Positions 42,055-52,423 of a DNA stretch of 64,000 bases are shown piece after piece. A model generated the notes under the pieces. It searched no databases. It was not told the DNA's origin and saw nothing but the letters and a program-made list of their open reading frames with translations. The first letter of the stretch is position 1. Every line of letters starts with the position of its first letter. The position numbers were made by a program, and so were the translations under genes. Source of the DNA: Candidatus Scatovivens sp. (GTDB taxonomy: Bacteria; Bacillota; Clostridia; TANB77; CAG-508); assembly GCA_045646345.1 (NCBI GenBank), contig JAZRKN010000001.1, forward strand, positions 96,001-160,000, given 5' to 3'.

Positions 42055-42720
42055 TTATTTTTTTGATTCTATTATTTTGATAACTTCATTTACAACTTCT
42101 TCAATAGTCAAATTAGTACTATCTAAATATATAGCATCTTCTGCTTGAACAAAAGGAGCAACATCCCTTTCAGTCTCTAAACGATGTCTTTCTTTTATAC
42201 TTGCAAGAACCTCATCGTAACTTGTTTCTATTCCTTTTTCTAAATTTTGTTTATATCTTCTGTTTGCTCTTTCTTCTAAAGAACAATCTAAATATATTTT
42301 AACGTCTGCATCTGGAAATACAACCGTTCCTATATCTCTACCTTCCATTATAATATTAGTAGTCTTTCCCATCTCTCTTTGAAGTGGAGTCATTTTATCT
42401 CTTATAATTTTTACTGCTGCAAATTTAGCAACATTCAAATTCACAGGAGTTGAACGAATTTCTTCTGTTACATTTTCATCGTTTAAAAAAACTAACTCTT
42501 TATCAGCTGTTCTTTCAAATCTTATATCAATATTTTCAAGCACTTCGCTTATTTTTTCTAATTCCTCTGGTAATATATTTTTTCTTATACAACTTAAAGT
42601 AACACATCTATACATTGCTCCTGTATCAACATTTACTAAGTTCATTTTTTTACCAACTAGTTTTGTAATTGTTCCTTTTCCACTCCCTGCAGGTCCATCT
42701 ATTGCAACAATAAAAGCCAT
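42055..42720 (-). CDS. cmk: Cytidylate kinase
   Basis: AIDGPAGSGKGT, DTGAMYR, MEGRDIGTVVFPDA. Confidence 0.95.
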   Translation of the reverse strand: MAFIVAIDGPAGSGKGTITKLVGKKMNLVNVDTGAMYRCVTLSCIRKNILPEELEKISEVLENIDIRFERTADKELVFLNDENVTEEIRSTPVNLNVAKFAAVKIIRDKMTPLQREMGKTTNIIMEGRDIGTVVFPDADVKIYLDCSLEERANRRYKQNLEKGIETSYDEVLASIKERHRLETERDVAPFVQAEDAIYLDSTNLTIEEVVNEVIKIIESKK

Positions 42721-42760
42721 CTTTATTTGTAGTATGAAAAATCATACTCTCCTTTCCAAA

Positions 42761-43609
42761 CTATTTTTCGACATTAACACCTTTTACTACAATGTCCATA
42801 TTTAAAACATTCATTGCAGTCATTTTTTCTATTTCTTTAATTATTTTTCTTTTTAACATCTGCATTGTATCATTTACATTAAAACCAAATTGAATTATTA
42901 CTTCAATATAAATATATACTCCATCATTTTGTTGATTTTGTTTCTTTATAATAGTTCTATAAATTTTATGTACTCCATCAGTTTTTTCTGCTACATAATC
43001 AATAATTTGTTTGAATACAGTATCTGAAATTTGAAAATTCCCCATATAACTAAATGTCGGTCTAATAATGGATTTTTCTGAAATATAAGGTGCATTTCCC
43101 CTTCCTTTAGATTTGAATATCTGAAGTGGATCCAATAAATATCCAGAAAAATCTTTTTTTAAAGCAAAAGTTGGCACTGGTATAACATGCTTTCCTTGAG
43201 TTCTTCTCATATTTTTAGCCATTTCCATTTCAGCTTCAGTAGCAACATCTGTTATATATATCGTTTCTGAAACAGGTTCAAAACCTAAGTTTTCTGCTAT
43301 TTTTTTTACCATTTCATCAGATGTTCCTAAAATCAAAATACTGTCTGGTTTTTTCTTCTTTATAACTGCCTGAATTTCTTTTTTTCTTTCTTCATTTTGA
43401 AACAAAGCATTTCTAACAGTTTCAATTTTAGTTGGAGCCTTTTTTGCAGATATTCCAGCTAAAACTTCATTACCTGAAATTAAAAGCCCATCATCAATTA
43501 TATAATTTATTCCTTTTTCATTTGCAACCATTTGAGCTCTGTAACTTTTTCCTGTTCCAGATGGTCCAACAAACGCATAAGTTTTCATCTTATGACCAAA
43601 AAAATTCAT
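42761..43609 (-). CDS. P-loop protein fused to Asp23/Gls24-family domain
   Basis: GPSGTGKS, IIDDGLLI, GKHVIPVPT; the C-terminus (IEKMTAMNVLNMDIVVKGV) is Asp23-like. Confidence 0.8.
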   Translation of the reverse strand: MNFFGHKMKTYAFVGPSGTGKSYRAQMVANEKGINYIIDDGLLISGNEVLAGISAKKAPTKIETVRNALFQNEERKKEIQAVIKKKKPDSILILGTSDEMVKKIAENLGFEPVSETIYITDVATEAEMEMAKNMRRTQGKHVIPVPTFALKKDFSGYLLDPLQIFKSKGRGNAPYISEKSIIRPTFSYMGNFQISDTVFKQIIDYVAEKTDGVHKIYRTIIKKQNQQNDGVYIYIEVIIQFGFNVNDTMQMLKRKIIKEIEKMTAMNVLNMDIVVKGVNVEK

Positions 43610-43785
43610 TTTTTTCTCCAATCATTTCTTATTAATTCTTAATTTGTATTATATCATTTTAGAATTAGCTCTTCAAGTATAATATTTTCTATTTTTAAAA
43701 GAAAAACAGAGGGAATTTCCCTCTGAAAATCGTTGCATTTTGCACATGTAAAATTGCTTATTTTTGGCTATGTTTTTTCATACTT

Positions 43786-44517
43786 TTACTTAAATTTAAG
43801 TCTTTTAGGTGAGTCAAACAACTCTTTGTTCTGATGTATATCAATATCCCATTCTGAAGAAAAAAGATCTATTTCTTTACCATAAATCTCATCTCCTGCA
43901 AATGCCTCGTTTTCAACATCTACATTAATAGGTATTTTGTTGAGTATGTGTGTTCTTGGCAATGGATTAAAACGCTTTCTCAATTTTTCATTCATCGACA
44001 TCCAATTAACAAAATACTCTACACCATCAACTGTTATTGTATGTTTTTCAAAATTTTGTTTTTCAACAATTCCCGTTATGTAGTTTATATCTCCATTAAC
44101 AAAAACATTTCCGGAAACATGAATTTCATCTTTACCATCTATAAAATCTATAGCAAAGACATAATTAAACAATACTGGTTTATTTTTATTGACAAAATCC
44201 ACAAACATAGCATAGTCTGGATGCATTTTTCCTAAGCGATAACATTTACCACTAGTTGTAATTGCAATGCCATTTTCAATTTTCTGAATACAAGCAGTTC
44301 TCATAAAAGATCCTGGTCTTCCCATAATATTTCCCATAATAATTTTAGATGTTACTTCATTATTTCCCATTCTTACTGTGTCAAATTTCAAATTGGGATT
44401 TTCAGCAATATCCATAGTTATCATATCCATCGAAACATTGGTATTCATAAATTTACTTGTAGCACATAAACTCCAATTTTCTATAGTTGCGATTCCATTT
44501 TTGACTTTAATTTTCAT
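43786..44517 (-). CDS. Hypothetical protein (orphan, 243 aa)
   Basis: RBS GGAG, upstream TTGACA promoter (~44580-44608), downstream hairpin CAGAGGGAA/TTCCCTCTG (43706-43725). Confidence 0.7.
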   Translation of the reverse strand: MKIKVKNGIATIENWSLCATSKFMNTNVSMDMITMDIAENPNLKFDTVRMGNNEVTSKIIMGNIMGRPGSFMRTACIQKIENGIAITTSGKCYRLGKMHPDYAMFVDFVNKNKPVLFNYVFAIDFIDGKDEIHVSGNVFVNGDINYITGIVEKQNFEKHTITVDGVEYFVNWMSMNEKLRKRFNPLPRTHILNKIPINVDVENEAFAGDEIYGKEIDLFSSEWDIDIHQNKELFDSPKRLKFK

Positions 44518-44632
44518 ATATATTCTCCGTAATATATTACAAAATGTGCAAAATGCAACTATATATAGCCGTAATAATATAATATCATATTTTTCTTTTT
44601 TATGTCAACCGATTGAGTTAGTTATCTTTAAT

Positions 44633-44668
44633 CAAAAAGAGTAGCAATTATTTGCTACTCTTTTGGTT
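44633..44668 (-). terminator. Terminator after glgP
   Basis: AAAAGAGTAGCAA-tta-TTTGCTACTCTTTT. Confidence 0.8.
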
Positions 44669-47230
44669 TTATTTTGTTATCCATTTTACTAAATCTAAAT
44701 TTTCTGAATCAACTAACATTTTATGTTTTGGCATTACTCTAAATGTATATCCGAAATTTCCACCAGTTTTTAAATCAAGTGTTGCTTCGTAAGTATATTT
44801 ATGTTCTGCTTTATTTTCAGAAATTTTATTCATTGTTACTGTGTAAACGTTTCTTACAGTTCCATTATTTAAAAATTGTCCAAAGTATACTTGCATGTCT
44901 GCATTTTCTTCTTCTATATTTGGTAAATATAATTCACAATTTACTGTAATTTGAGTTCCAGCAACTAATCTTGCATTATCAACATTTCTATCTTGAACTA
45001 TTTGGATATTTGCCCAATTAGCTTTAGCTTTTTTCTTCCAATCAGTAAATTCAGCGACATTTTCTAAATCCAAGAAATATTCTTTTCTTAAATTAGCAAG
45101 TGGCATATATAATTCATTTACATAGTCACAAACCATTCTTGCTGTACTATATTTTCCACCAGTTGATTTAATAGAATTTTTCATATAAGACATCCACTCT
45201 TTTGAAATTCCATCTTTATCTTGATTATAGTAAGCAGGAATAATTTTATTCTCTAATGTATGATATAAACTATTGCTATCAGCTTTATCTTGTTCTTCAT
45301 AAGAATCATATTGTGCATTTGTTCCTATTGTCCATCCATTTACTCCATTGTAGCCTTCACACCACCATCCATCTAGAACACTAAAGTTTACAACACCATT
45401 TACTGATGCTTTCTCTCCTGAAGTTCCTGATGCTTCCATAGGTCTTCTTGGATTATTTAACCATACATCAACACCACTAATTAAATATCTTGAAATTCCT
45501 ATATTATAGTTTTCTAATATGAAAATTTTTCCTTTAAATTGTGGCATCAATGATATTTCATGAATATATTTAATTAAATCTTGACCACCTTTATCCGCTG
45601 GGTGTGCTTTTCCAGCAAATACAATTTGAACTGGTCTTTGTTCATCATTTAATATTTGTGTTAATCTTGCAATATCTTTAAATAATAACGTTGCTCTTTT
45701 ATATGTTGCAAATCTTCTTGCAAAACCTATTGTTAAAGCTTTTGGATTTAATTTATTTACTACTTCAGCAATTTGATCGTATCCAATTCCACTATTTACA
45801 TATCTATTTGTAACATTTTGTTTTATTAATCTAATTAATTTTTCTTTTCTCTCAACATGAGCTTCCCATAATTTTTGATCTGGAATATTGTCTATTTTTT
45901 CCCAAGTAGAATCAACTTGAATATTATCTTGCCAATATGGTGGTAAATATTCATTAAATAATTCTTTTAAGTTTGGAGCAAGCCATGTACATGTGTGAAT
46001 ACCATTTGTTACATGAGTAATTGGAGATTCATCTTCTGCAATGTTTGGCCATACTTCTGCGAATAATTCTCTTGATACTTCACCGTGTAATTTACTTACA
46101 CCATTTTTCTTTCCTGCAATTTTAAGTGCAAGAATTCCCATATTAAATCCTGGTTCCAAGTCATTTCCTGGCATTCCTAATTTTAAGAAATCTTCTCTTG
46201 TAATTCCTAATTTCTCCCAGTATCCATCAAAATATTTTTCAACCAAACTTACATCAAAAATATCATTTCCAGCAGGTACTGGTGTATGTGTTGTAAATAC
46301 AGTTTGAACCGTTGCAATTTCTTTAGCCATTTCAAAAGAAATTTCTTTTTCTTCCATTATATTTTTTATTAATTCTAATGTTAAGAAAGATGAATGTCCT
46401 TCGTTCATATGATATACAGTTGGTTTATAATCTAAAGCTTTTAATGCTTTTACACCAGCCATACCTAAAACGATTTCTTGACGAATTCTCATTTCTTTAT
46501 CTCCACCATAAAGACGAAGTGTAATTCCTCTAAAATCTTCTGGGTTTTGATCAATATCAGAATCCATTAAATACAATTTTATTCTACCAACATTTATTTG
46601 CCATAGTTTCAAATATAATGTTTTTCCATTTAAAGGTATATCTATAATTACATCATCACCGATTCTATCTTTTACTGGTAAAATAGGTAAATTGTATAAA
46701 TCTATATTATGATATTCAGAGCATTGTTCACCACGAGAATTAATTCTTTGGTTGAAATATCCATTTTTATATAACAAACCAACAGCAACAAAAGGTAAAC
46801 CTAAATCACTTGCTGATTTTAAATGATCTCCTGATAAAATTCCTAATCCACCAGAATATATTGGAACAATTTCATCTAGTCCATATTCAGCTGAAAAATA
46901 TGCAATTAAATCATCATTATTATTTGGATAATTTTTTGTAAACCATGTTGATTTACTATTCATATAGTTTTCATAATTTTCAACTACATGATCATAATTT
47001 TTCAAAAATTCTACATCATTAACTATTTTTTCAACTTTATCTTGACTTATCATTTTCAAAAATTTAACTGGATTTTTTTCACTCATTTCCCATAAGTCTG
47101 GATCCATTGTTTCAAATAATCTTAGAAATTCTGTATTCCAAGACCACCATAGGTTATTTGAAATTTCAGTCAATTTGCTTATCCTTTGTGGTAATTGTGG
47201 TACAACTGTAACTCTATTGAATATATACAT
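44669..47230 (-). CDS. glgP: Alpha-glucan (glycogen/maltodextrin) phosphorylase
   Basis: YSGGLGILSGDHLKSASD, HMNEGH, ARRFATYKR, EASGTSGEK (PLP lysine). Confidence 0.95.
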   Translation of the reverse strand: MYIFNRVTVVPQLPQRISKLTEISNNLWWSWNTEFLRLFETMDPDLWEMSEKNPVKFLKMISQDKVEKIVNDVEFLKNYDHVVENYENYMNSKSTWFTKNYPNNNDDLIAYFSAEYGLDEIVPIYSGGLGILSGDHLKSASDLGLPFVAVGLLYKNGYFNQRINSRGEQCSEYHNIDLYNLPILPVKDRIGDDVIIDIPLNGKTLYLKLWQINVGRIKLYLMDSDIDQNPEDFRGITLRLYGGDKEMRIRQEIVLGMAGVKALKALDYKPTVYHMNEGHSSFLTLELIKNIMEEKEISFEMAKEIATVQTVFTTHTPVPAGNDIFDVSLVEKYFDGYWEKLGITREDFLKLGMPGNDLEPGFNMGILALKIAGKKNGVSKLHGEVSRELFAEVWPNIAEDESPITHVTNGIHTCTWLAPNLKELFNEYLPPYWQDNIQVDSTWEKIDNIPDQKLWEAHVERKEKLIRLIKQNVTNRYVNSGIGYDQIAEVVNKLNPKALTIGFARRFATYKRATLLFKDIARLTQILNDEQRPVQIVFAGKAHPADKGGQDLIKYIHEISLMPQFKGKIFILENYNIGISRYLISGVDVWLNNPRRPMEASGTSGEKASVNGVVNFSVLDGWWCEGYNGVNGWTIGTNAQYDSYEEQDKADSNSLYHTLENKIIPAYYNQDKDGISKEWMSYMKNSIKSTGGKYSTARMVCDYVNELYMPLANLRKEYFLDLENVAEFTDWKKKAKANWANIQIVQDRNVDNARLVAGTQITVNCELYLPNIEEENADMQVYFGQFLNNGTVRNVYTVTMNKISENKAEHKYTYEATLDLKTGGNFGYTFRVMPKHKMLVDSENLDLVKWITK

Positions 47231-47286
47231 TTATATATCCTCCTTCGTATTTTCAAAATTTATTTTCCTTTGTTTCCATACTAATA

Positions 47287-47315
47287 ATTATCTATTAAAT
47301 TATTTTTTTTGTCAA
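47287..47315 (-). promoter_or_regulatory. sigmaA-like promoter of glgP
   Basis: On the - strand, TTGACA-17-GATAAT. Confidence 0.6.
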
Positions 47316-47469
47316 TTATTTTAAGTATTAATTTTAAATATTTTTCTTATAAAAATTAGTCCATATATTTATTACATATTTATTACATTTTAATTATCTT
47401 TGTGTTACTTTTCGTCTTTTTATTTCTACTTATATTATAATAAAATTATCTATTTATCGGAGGGAATTT

Positions 47470-49311
47470 ATGAATTTAAATAAAGTAAAAAACGTAGAAC
47501 TTTTAAGAAAAGGGTTATACGCACAAGAATTATCTCATTATGCATCTTTATGCAATTTGTATGCTTCACTTTTACAATCTGTTGCATCAAATCCTGATAA
47601 TATAACACCAGCAGATATAGAGAAAGCTTCAAAAAAATACGGACCGCTTATGGATGCAGCATCAAAAAGTAATTTTAGTTTTTTAAAAGGAAAAACGCAA
47701 TCACAACTTCTAGAAGATGGAACTTTAAAAACTCCTCAATATTCTGAATCTGATGTGGAATTTTTTAAATTATATGCTTATCATTCAGAAAAATTAATGC
47801 AATTCAGAACTGGTTCTAGACTTTTAGAAAAAGTTATTGATACAGATTTACAAACAGGAAAGAAAATTCTTTCTTCTGGTGCACTTGATGCATTCAAAAA
47901 TGTTATGCGCCAAAAAACTGCTATGGAAGAACAAGATCATGAGTATTCTTTATTTAATTTTTCAGATTCTTACTTAAGAAAAGAAGCTCGAAGACTTAAT
48001 ATGTCTCCTGATGATTTAGAAGCAGCATTAATAAAGCAAAGAAGCAATTTAATAAATAGTAATTCTGGAAAATTTATAGTAGACAAATTAGTTCCAGAAC
48101 ATTCTCCTAGATGGTTAGGTAGCTTCTTCTTTAAAAAATCAGACAAAGCAATTAATTTAATAGATCAAATAGATCCAGATCACTTCCCAAAAAGTAGCAC
48201 AATAATCAAAAAAGGATTGACACCATTGCATTTTGGAGCTGAAATCACTGGAGCTAAAGGTAATATCGAAAGATTATTAGAACCATTAAGAAAAAAAGAT
48301 GAGCCAAAGAAAAATGAAGAAGAAAATGAGTTTGATCCATTTACAAAAAGAGAAAAAGAATTCTTTGCAAACAAACCTTCTGAATTTCACGAAAAATTAT
48401 ATAGAGCAGCAAATAATTCTCGCACAAAAGCAATTGTTGGTGTTTCTCTTCTAACTCTTTTAGCCACGGGAACTGTAGCAACAGTAGCACCTCATTTATT
48501 AACTACTGCTCAACAAATCACAAATTTCAACAATTTAATAAATGACGCAAGAAACCAACCGATTGTCACAACTTATGCACCTATGACAACAACAGAATTA
48601 CAAGCTGTTATATCAGATTATCTATCAACAGACTACTCTGGTTCTATTGAAGATTTTAGAGAAGATACCAATGCAGCATTGGATGCAATTCAAGCAACTT
48701 GTCAAACATATCAAAAAAATTACTCTACACCAACTAAAGAAGAAGCTGGAGTTATTTTAGATTCTTTAGATAATGTAACAAGTAAATCTATAGAACAACT
48801 TGTTGTATATGCAATCCAAGAAGCTTATCCAAATTACACAGATATCGAAGTTGATTTTTATTATGATTATGAGACAGAAGTTGATGGAACAGATCTTGAG
48901 AAAAAAGTAAAAAACGAAGGTTTCAGAATTCATTTCACAGATGAAAACGGAAATAGAATGGAAACAGAAATGGATAATATCTCCTCTCCTCTTTTCGCCG
49001 AAAATTTAGGACAAGCTATTATGGATTTAGAAAAATCATACGACACTCAATTCGATGAATTCTTTGAAGCAATTTCTAATCCAAACGCAAGAAAAGCAAA
49101 TGGTGAAAAATATACTTATGAAGACATATCAGACTTATCTACAAACTATTTTAACACTATAGCCAAAAAAGCAAATCAAGTTAGACCAATGACAGTAACA
49201 AAAGCCAAATTTGTTAAAGGCGAAGGAGTACAATTTGATTTAGAAATCGAGCAAAATGAACCAGAAACACCAACAACTTCAAGTGTAGAAAGCGAATATG
49301 ATGGAAGATAA
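47470..49311 (+). CDS. Hypothetical single-pass membrane protein (613 aa)
   Basis: RBS GGAGGG; central hydrophobic segment AIVGVSLLTLLATGTVATVAPHLL; acidic C-terminal half; divergent from glgP. Confidence 0.8.
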   Translation: MNLNKVKNVELLRKGLYAQELSHYASLCNLYASLLQSVASNPDNITPADIEKASKKYGPLMDAASKSNFSFLKGKTQSQLLEDGTLKTPQYSESDVEFFKLYAYHSEKLMQFRTGSRLLEKVIDTDLQTGKKILSSGALDAFKNVMRQKTAMEEQDHEYSLFNFSDSYLRKEARRLNMSPDDLEAALIKQRSNLINSNSGKFIVDKLVPEHSPRWLGSFFFKKSDKAINLIDQIDPDHFPKSSTIIKKGLTPLHFGAEITGAKGNIERLLEPLRKKDEPKKNEEENEFDPFTKREKEFFANKPSEFHEKLYRAANNSRTKAIVGVSLLTLLATGTVATVAPHLLTTAQQITNFNNLINDARNQPIVTTYAPMTTTELQAVISDYLSTDYSGSIEDFREDTNAALDAIQATCQTYQKNYSTPTKEEAGVILDSLDNVTSKSIEQLVVYAIQEAYPNYTDIEVDFYYDYETEVDGTDLEKKVKNEGFRIHFTDENGNRMETEMDNISSPLFAENLGQAIMDLEKSYDTQFDEFFEAISNPNARKANGEKYTYEDISDLSTNYFNTIAKKANQVRPMTVTKAKFVKGEGVQFDLEIEQNEPETPTTSSVESEYDGR

Positions 49312-49323
49312 TAATAATAATAC

Positions 49324-49354
49324 AAAAAAGTAGGTTTTAAAAAACCTACTTTTT
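49324..49354. terminator. Bidirectional terminator
   Basis: AAAAAAGTAGGTTTT-AAAAAACCTACTTTTT between convergent genes. Confidence 0.8.
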
Positions 49355-49370
49355 ATTTATATTTTATAAT

Positions 49371-49763
49371 TTAAAATTCAAAAGAATATGGTAACAATTC
49401 TTCTAAAGTATATTCTTCTACTTTATTGTTATACACAGTATAAACTTTAAAATCTTTCTTACAAAATTCACTCATAAATTGTCTACAATACCCACAAGGC
49501 AAACATTTTTCTGCATCTTTATCTTGAGGTCCACCTATTACTACTATTCTTTCAAATTCGTTTTCTCCTTCTGATATAGCTTTGCAAAATGCCACCCTTT
49601 CTGCACATATACTTTGAATCCCTTGATTTTCTATATTACATCCAACATATCTTTTTCCATTTTTTGCCATTAAAACCGCACCAACTGTATATTTTGAAAT
49701 GTTTGCATGAGCTCTTTTTCTTGCATTATTCGCTAATATTATATCATCTCTTAAATCTAACAT
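49371..49763 (-). CDS. cdd: Cytidine deaminase
   Basis: VGA, GCNIEN, CAER, PCGYCRQ zinc motifs. Confidence 0.92.
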   Translation of the reverse strand: MLDLRDDIILANNARKRAHANISKYTVGAVLMAKNGKRYVGCNIENQGIQSICAERVAFCKAISEGENEFERIVVIGGPQDKDAEKCLPCGYCRQFMSEFCKKDFKVYTVYNNKVEEYTLEELLPYSFEF

Positions 49764-49788
49764 TCCACATTCCTCCTCTTTGTAATAT

Positions 49789-50583
49789 TTATTTATATTT
49801 TCTCATATTTAATAAATAGCGTCCACTTTTTGTTTCTTTTTCAATTCCATCAAAAATAAATTTACCTTTTCCTCTTACCGTTATTAAATCACCAATATTT
49901 ATTTTTTTAGAATCTTTAAATTCAATTATTGAATTTATAAAAACTCTCCCTTCACTTATAATTTCAGATGCATTTGTTCTCGAACAATTTGCAAGTTCTG
50001 CCACAAAATTATCTAATCTTATTGAAGAAACTATAATATTTAAGTTTTCAAATTCATTTTCAATATATGTCAAATCTTTAATATTTTCAATTGTTATTTC
50101 TGATTTTTTGAATCTTGTTAGTGTTTTTAAGTCATTTTCTAATACTTTTGCAACTTCAGCCAACGAAATAATATCAGCTCCAAAATCAGTCACTAAAATA
50201 TCCCCAAATTTTTCTCTTTTTATCCCTAGTTTCATTATTCCACTTAAAAATTCTCTATGTTCATATTTTATATTATTCGGTAACTTAATTCTTATTACAT
50301 TAAATATCTTTTCATAGTTTTTCTCAACCATCTCTTTTGAAAATTTTTCAGGATAAAAAATCAAAATACTTCTATCAGTTTCATCTTTACCACCATAAAT
50401 TATAAAATTAGAAACTTTTTCTTCTTTTAATATTCTTTTAATTATTGAAATTTCAGAAATATTCAAAAAATCCGTGTAAGTAATTTTATTTTTAGTTTTT
50501 GAAAATTCATATTTATCAATTACTTTAGCTATTAACAACTTGTATTCACTATTTTTATATTTTTCCCTTGCGCTTTCAAACAT
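49789..50583 (-). CDS. ylmH: YlmH/Sll1252-family S4 RNA-binding protein
   Basis: TDFLN, HREFLSGIMKLGIKREKFGDI, SSIRLD, GDLITVRGKGK. Confidence 0.85.
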   Translation of the reverse strand: MFESAREKYKNSEYKLLIAKVIDKYEFSKTKNKITYTDFLNISEISIIKRILKEEKVSNFIIYGGKDETDRSILIFYPEKFSKEMVEKNYEKIFNVIRIKLPNNIKYEHREFLSGIMKLGIKREKFGDILVTDFGADIISLAEVAKVLENDLKTLTRFKKSEITIENIKDLTYIENEFENLNIIVSSIRLDNFVAELANCSRTNASEIISEGRVFINSIIEFKDSKKINIGDLITVRGKGKFIFDGIEKETKSGRYLLNMRKYK

Positions 50584-52412
50584 TCTACTATACTTCCTAC
50601 ATCTAATCCATATTTTTCTTCTATTTCATTTGGACTTCCATGTTTTATAAATTCATCTGGATATGCAAATTTTACTAAATTTGTATTTATTCTGTTTTCA
50701 AAAATAAGTTCTTCTATTTTAGTAGCCAATCCGCCAACAATAGTTCCATCTTCTATTGTTGCAACATTTTTCTTTCCAATAATGTGTTTTAATAAACACT
50801 CATTATCTAATGGTTTTAAAAATCTTGCATTAATAACTGTAGCATTTATTCCATCTTTTTTTAACTCTTCTGAAACTTTAATTGCTTTTGAAACCATCTT
50901 TCCTATTGCAATTATTGTTATATCTTCACCTTGATTTAAAACTTCAGCTTTTCCTAAAGTTATTCTTTCTTTAACCTCAAAGGACGTTTCTTCTCCTCCA
51001 CGAGGATATCTTATTAAAACTGGTTTCTTTAAATCCACAGCAAACTCCAACATTTCTTCTAATTCATTAAAATCTTTTGGAGCCATTATATTAAAATTAG
51101 GTATTGTATTTGTAAATGCTAAATCTAATAATCCTTGGTGAGTTTCTCCATCATTACCAACAATTCCAGCTCTATCAGCGCATATTACGACTGGTAAATT
51201 TTGAATTGCCACATCATGAACTAATTGATCATATGCTCTTTGAATAAATGATGAATATAGTGGAACAACCGGAACTAATCCTGACTTTGCTAAACCTGCA
51301 GCTAATCCTACCGCATGTTGTTCGGCAATTCCTACATCAAAAAATCTTGTTGGATATTTTTTTGCAAACTCAGCAAGTCCTGTTCCATCAGTCATTGCAG
51401 CTGTTATAGCAACTATTTTTTTATTTTCTTTTGCAATCTCTACCAATTTTTCTCCAAAAACTTTTGAATAATCTTTTTTCCCATTTGCAACTTTTTCTCC
51501 AGTTTCTTTATCAAATTTTGAAGTACTGTGAAATTTATCCGGGTTTGATTCTGCTGGTTTATATCCTTTTCCCTTTTTTGTTAACACATGAACCAAAATA
51601 GGTCCATCTTGTTCTTTACATATTTTCAAAATATCTTCTAGCTTTTCTATACTGTGTCCATCAACAGGACCTAGATATCTAAATCCTATATCTTCAAAAT
51701 ACATTTTCGGAATAACTAATTGTTTTATACCTCTTTTTGTTCTTTGAACCAATTTAACAATTTTCTTTCCTACTCCTGGAATTTTCCCAATCAACTTCTT
51801 ACCTTTAACACTTGTATTTATATACACGCTTTTTGTTCTTAATTTTGAAAGCATCATTGATATTCCACCAACATTTTTAGAAATACTCATTTCATTATCA
51901 TTTAATATTACTATCATATTAGTGTTACTACTTCCAACATCATTTAACGCTTCTAGTGCCATTCCACCTGTTAATGCTCCATCACCTATTACAGCAATAA
52001 TCTTATTATTCTCACCTTTTATATCTCTCGCTCTTGCCATCCCTAAACCAACAGAAATAGATGTGCTACTATGCCCAGTGTTAAAGTTATCATATATACT
52101 TTCTGAAGTTTTTGGAAATCCAGCAATTCCACCCATTTTTCTTAAAGTTGATAATTTATTCTTTCTTCCTGTTAAAATTTTATGTACATAAGTTTGATGG
52201 CCAACATCCCAAATAATTTTATCTAAAGGTGTATTAAATACAGAATGGAGAGCAATTGTCAATTCAACAACGCCCAAATTTGATGCTAAGTGTCCTCCAG
52301 TTTCTGAAACTGTATCTAAAATTATTTTTCTTATTTCTTTTGCTAAAATTTCCTTATCTTTTACATTTAGAGGTTTTAAATCCTCTGGATAATTTATATT
52401 TTCTAATATCAT
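50532..52412 (-). CDS. dxs: 1-deoxy-D-xylulose-5-phosphate synthase
   Basis: GGHLASNLGVVELT, WDVGHQ, GHSSTSIS, GDGALTGG, GIAEQHA, DGETHQG, IRYPRG. Confidence 0.97.
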   Translation of the reverse strand: MILENINYPEDLKPLNVKDKEILAKEIRKIILDTVSETGGHLASNLGVVELTIALHSVFNTPLDKIIWDVGHQTYVHKILTGRKNKLSTLRKMGGIAGFPKTSESIYDNFNTGHSSTSISVGLGMARARDIKGENNKIIAVIGDGALTGGMALEALNDVGSSNTNMIVILNDNEMSISKNVGGISMMLSKLRTKSVYINTSVKGKKLIGKIPGVGKKIVKLVQRTKRGIKQLVIPKMYFEDIGFRYLGPVDGHSIEKLEDILKICKEQDGPILVHVLTKKGKGYKPAESNPDKFHSTSKFDKETGEKVANGKKDYSKVFGEKLVEIAKENKKIVAITAAMTDGTGLAEFAKKYPTRFFDVGIAEQHAVGLAAGLAKSGLVPVVPLYSSFIQRAYDQLVHDVAIQNLPVVICADRAGIVGNDGETHQGLLDLAFTNTIPNFNIMAPKDFNELEEMLEFAVDLKKPVLIRYPRGGEETSFEVKERITLGKAEVLNQGEDITIIAIGKMVSKAIKVSEELKKDGINATVINARFLKPLDNECLLKHIIGKKNVATIEDGTIVGGLATKIEELIFENRINTNLVKFAYPDEFIKHGSPNEIEEKYGLDVGSIVECLKAQGKNIKIVNTSC

Positions 52413-52423
52413 AATTCATTCCT

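Noticed and set aside
50532-50583. 52-bp dxs/ylmH overlap as a frameshift
   Set aside because: Both proteins appear complete. This is a simple C-terminal run-on with no CGG at the site.
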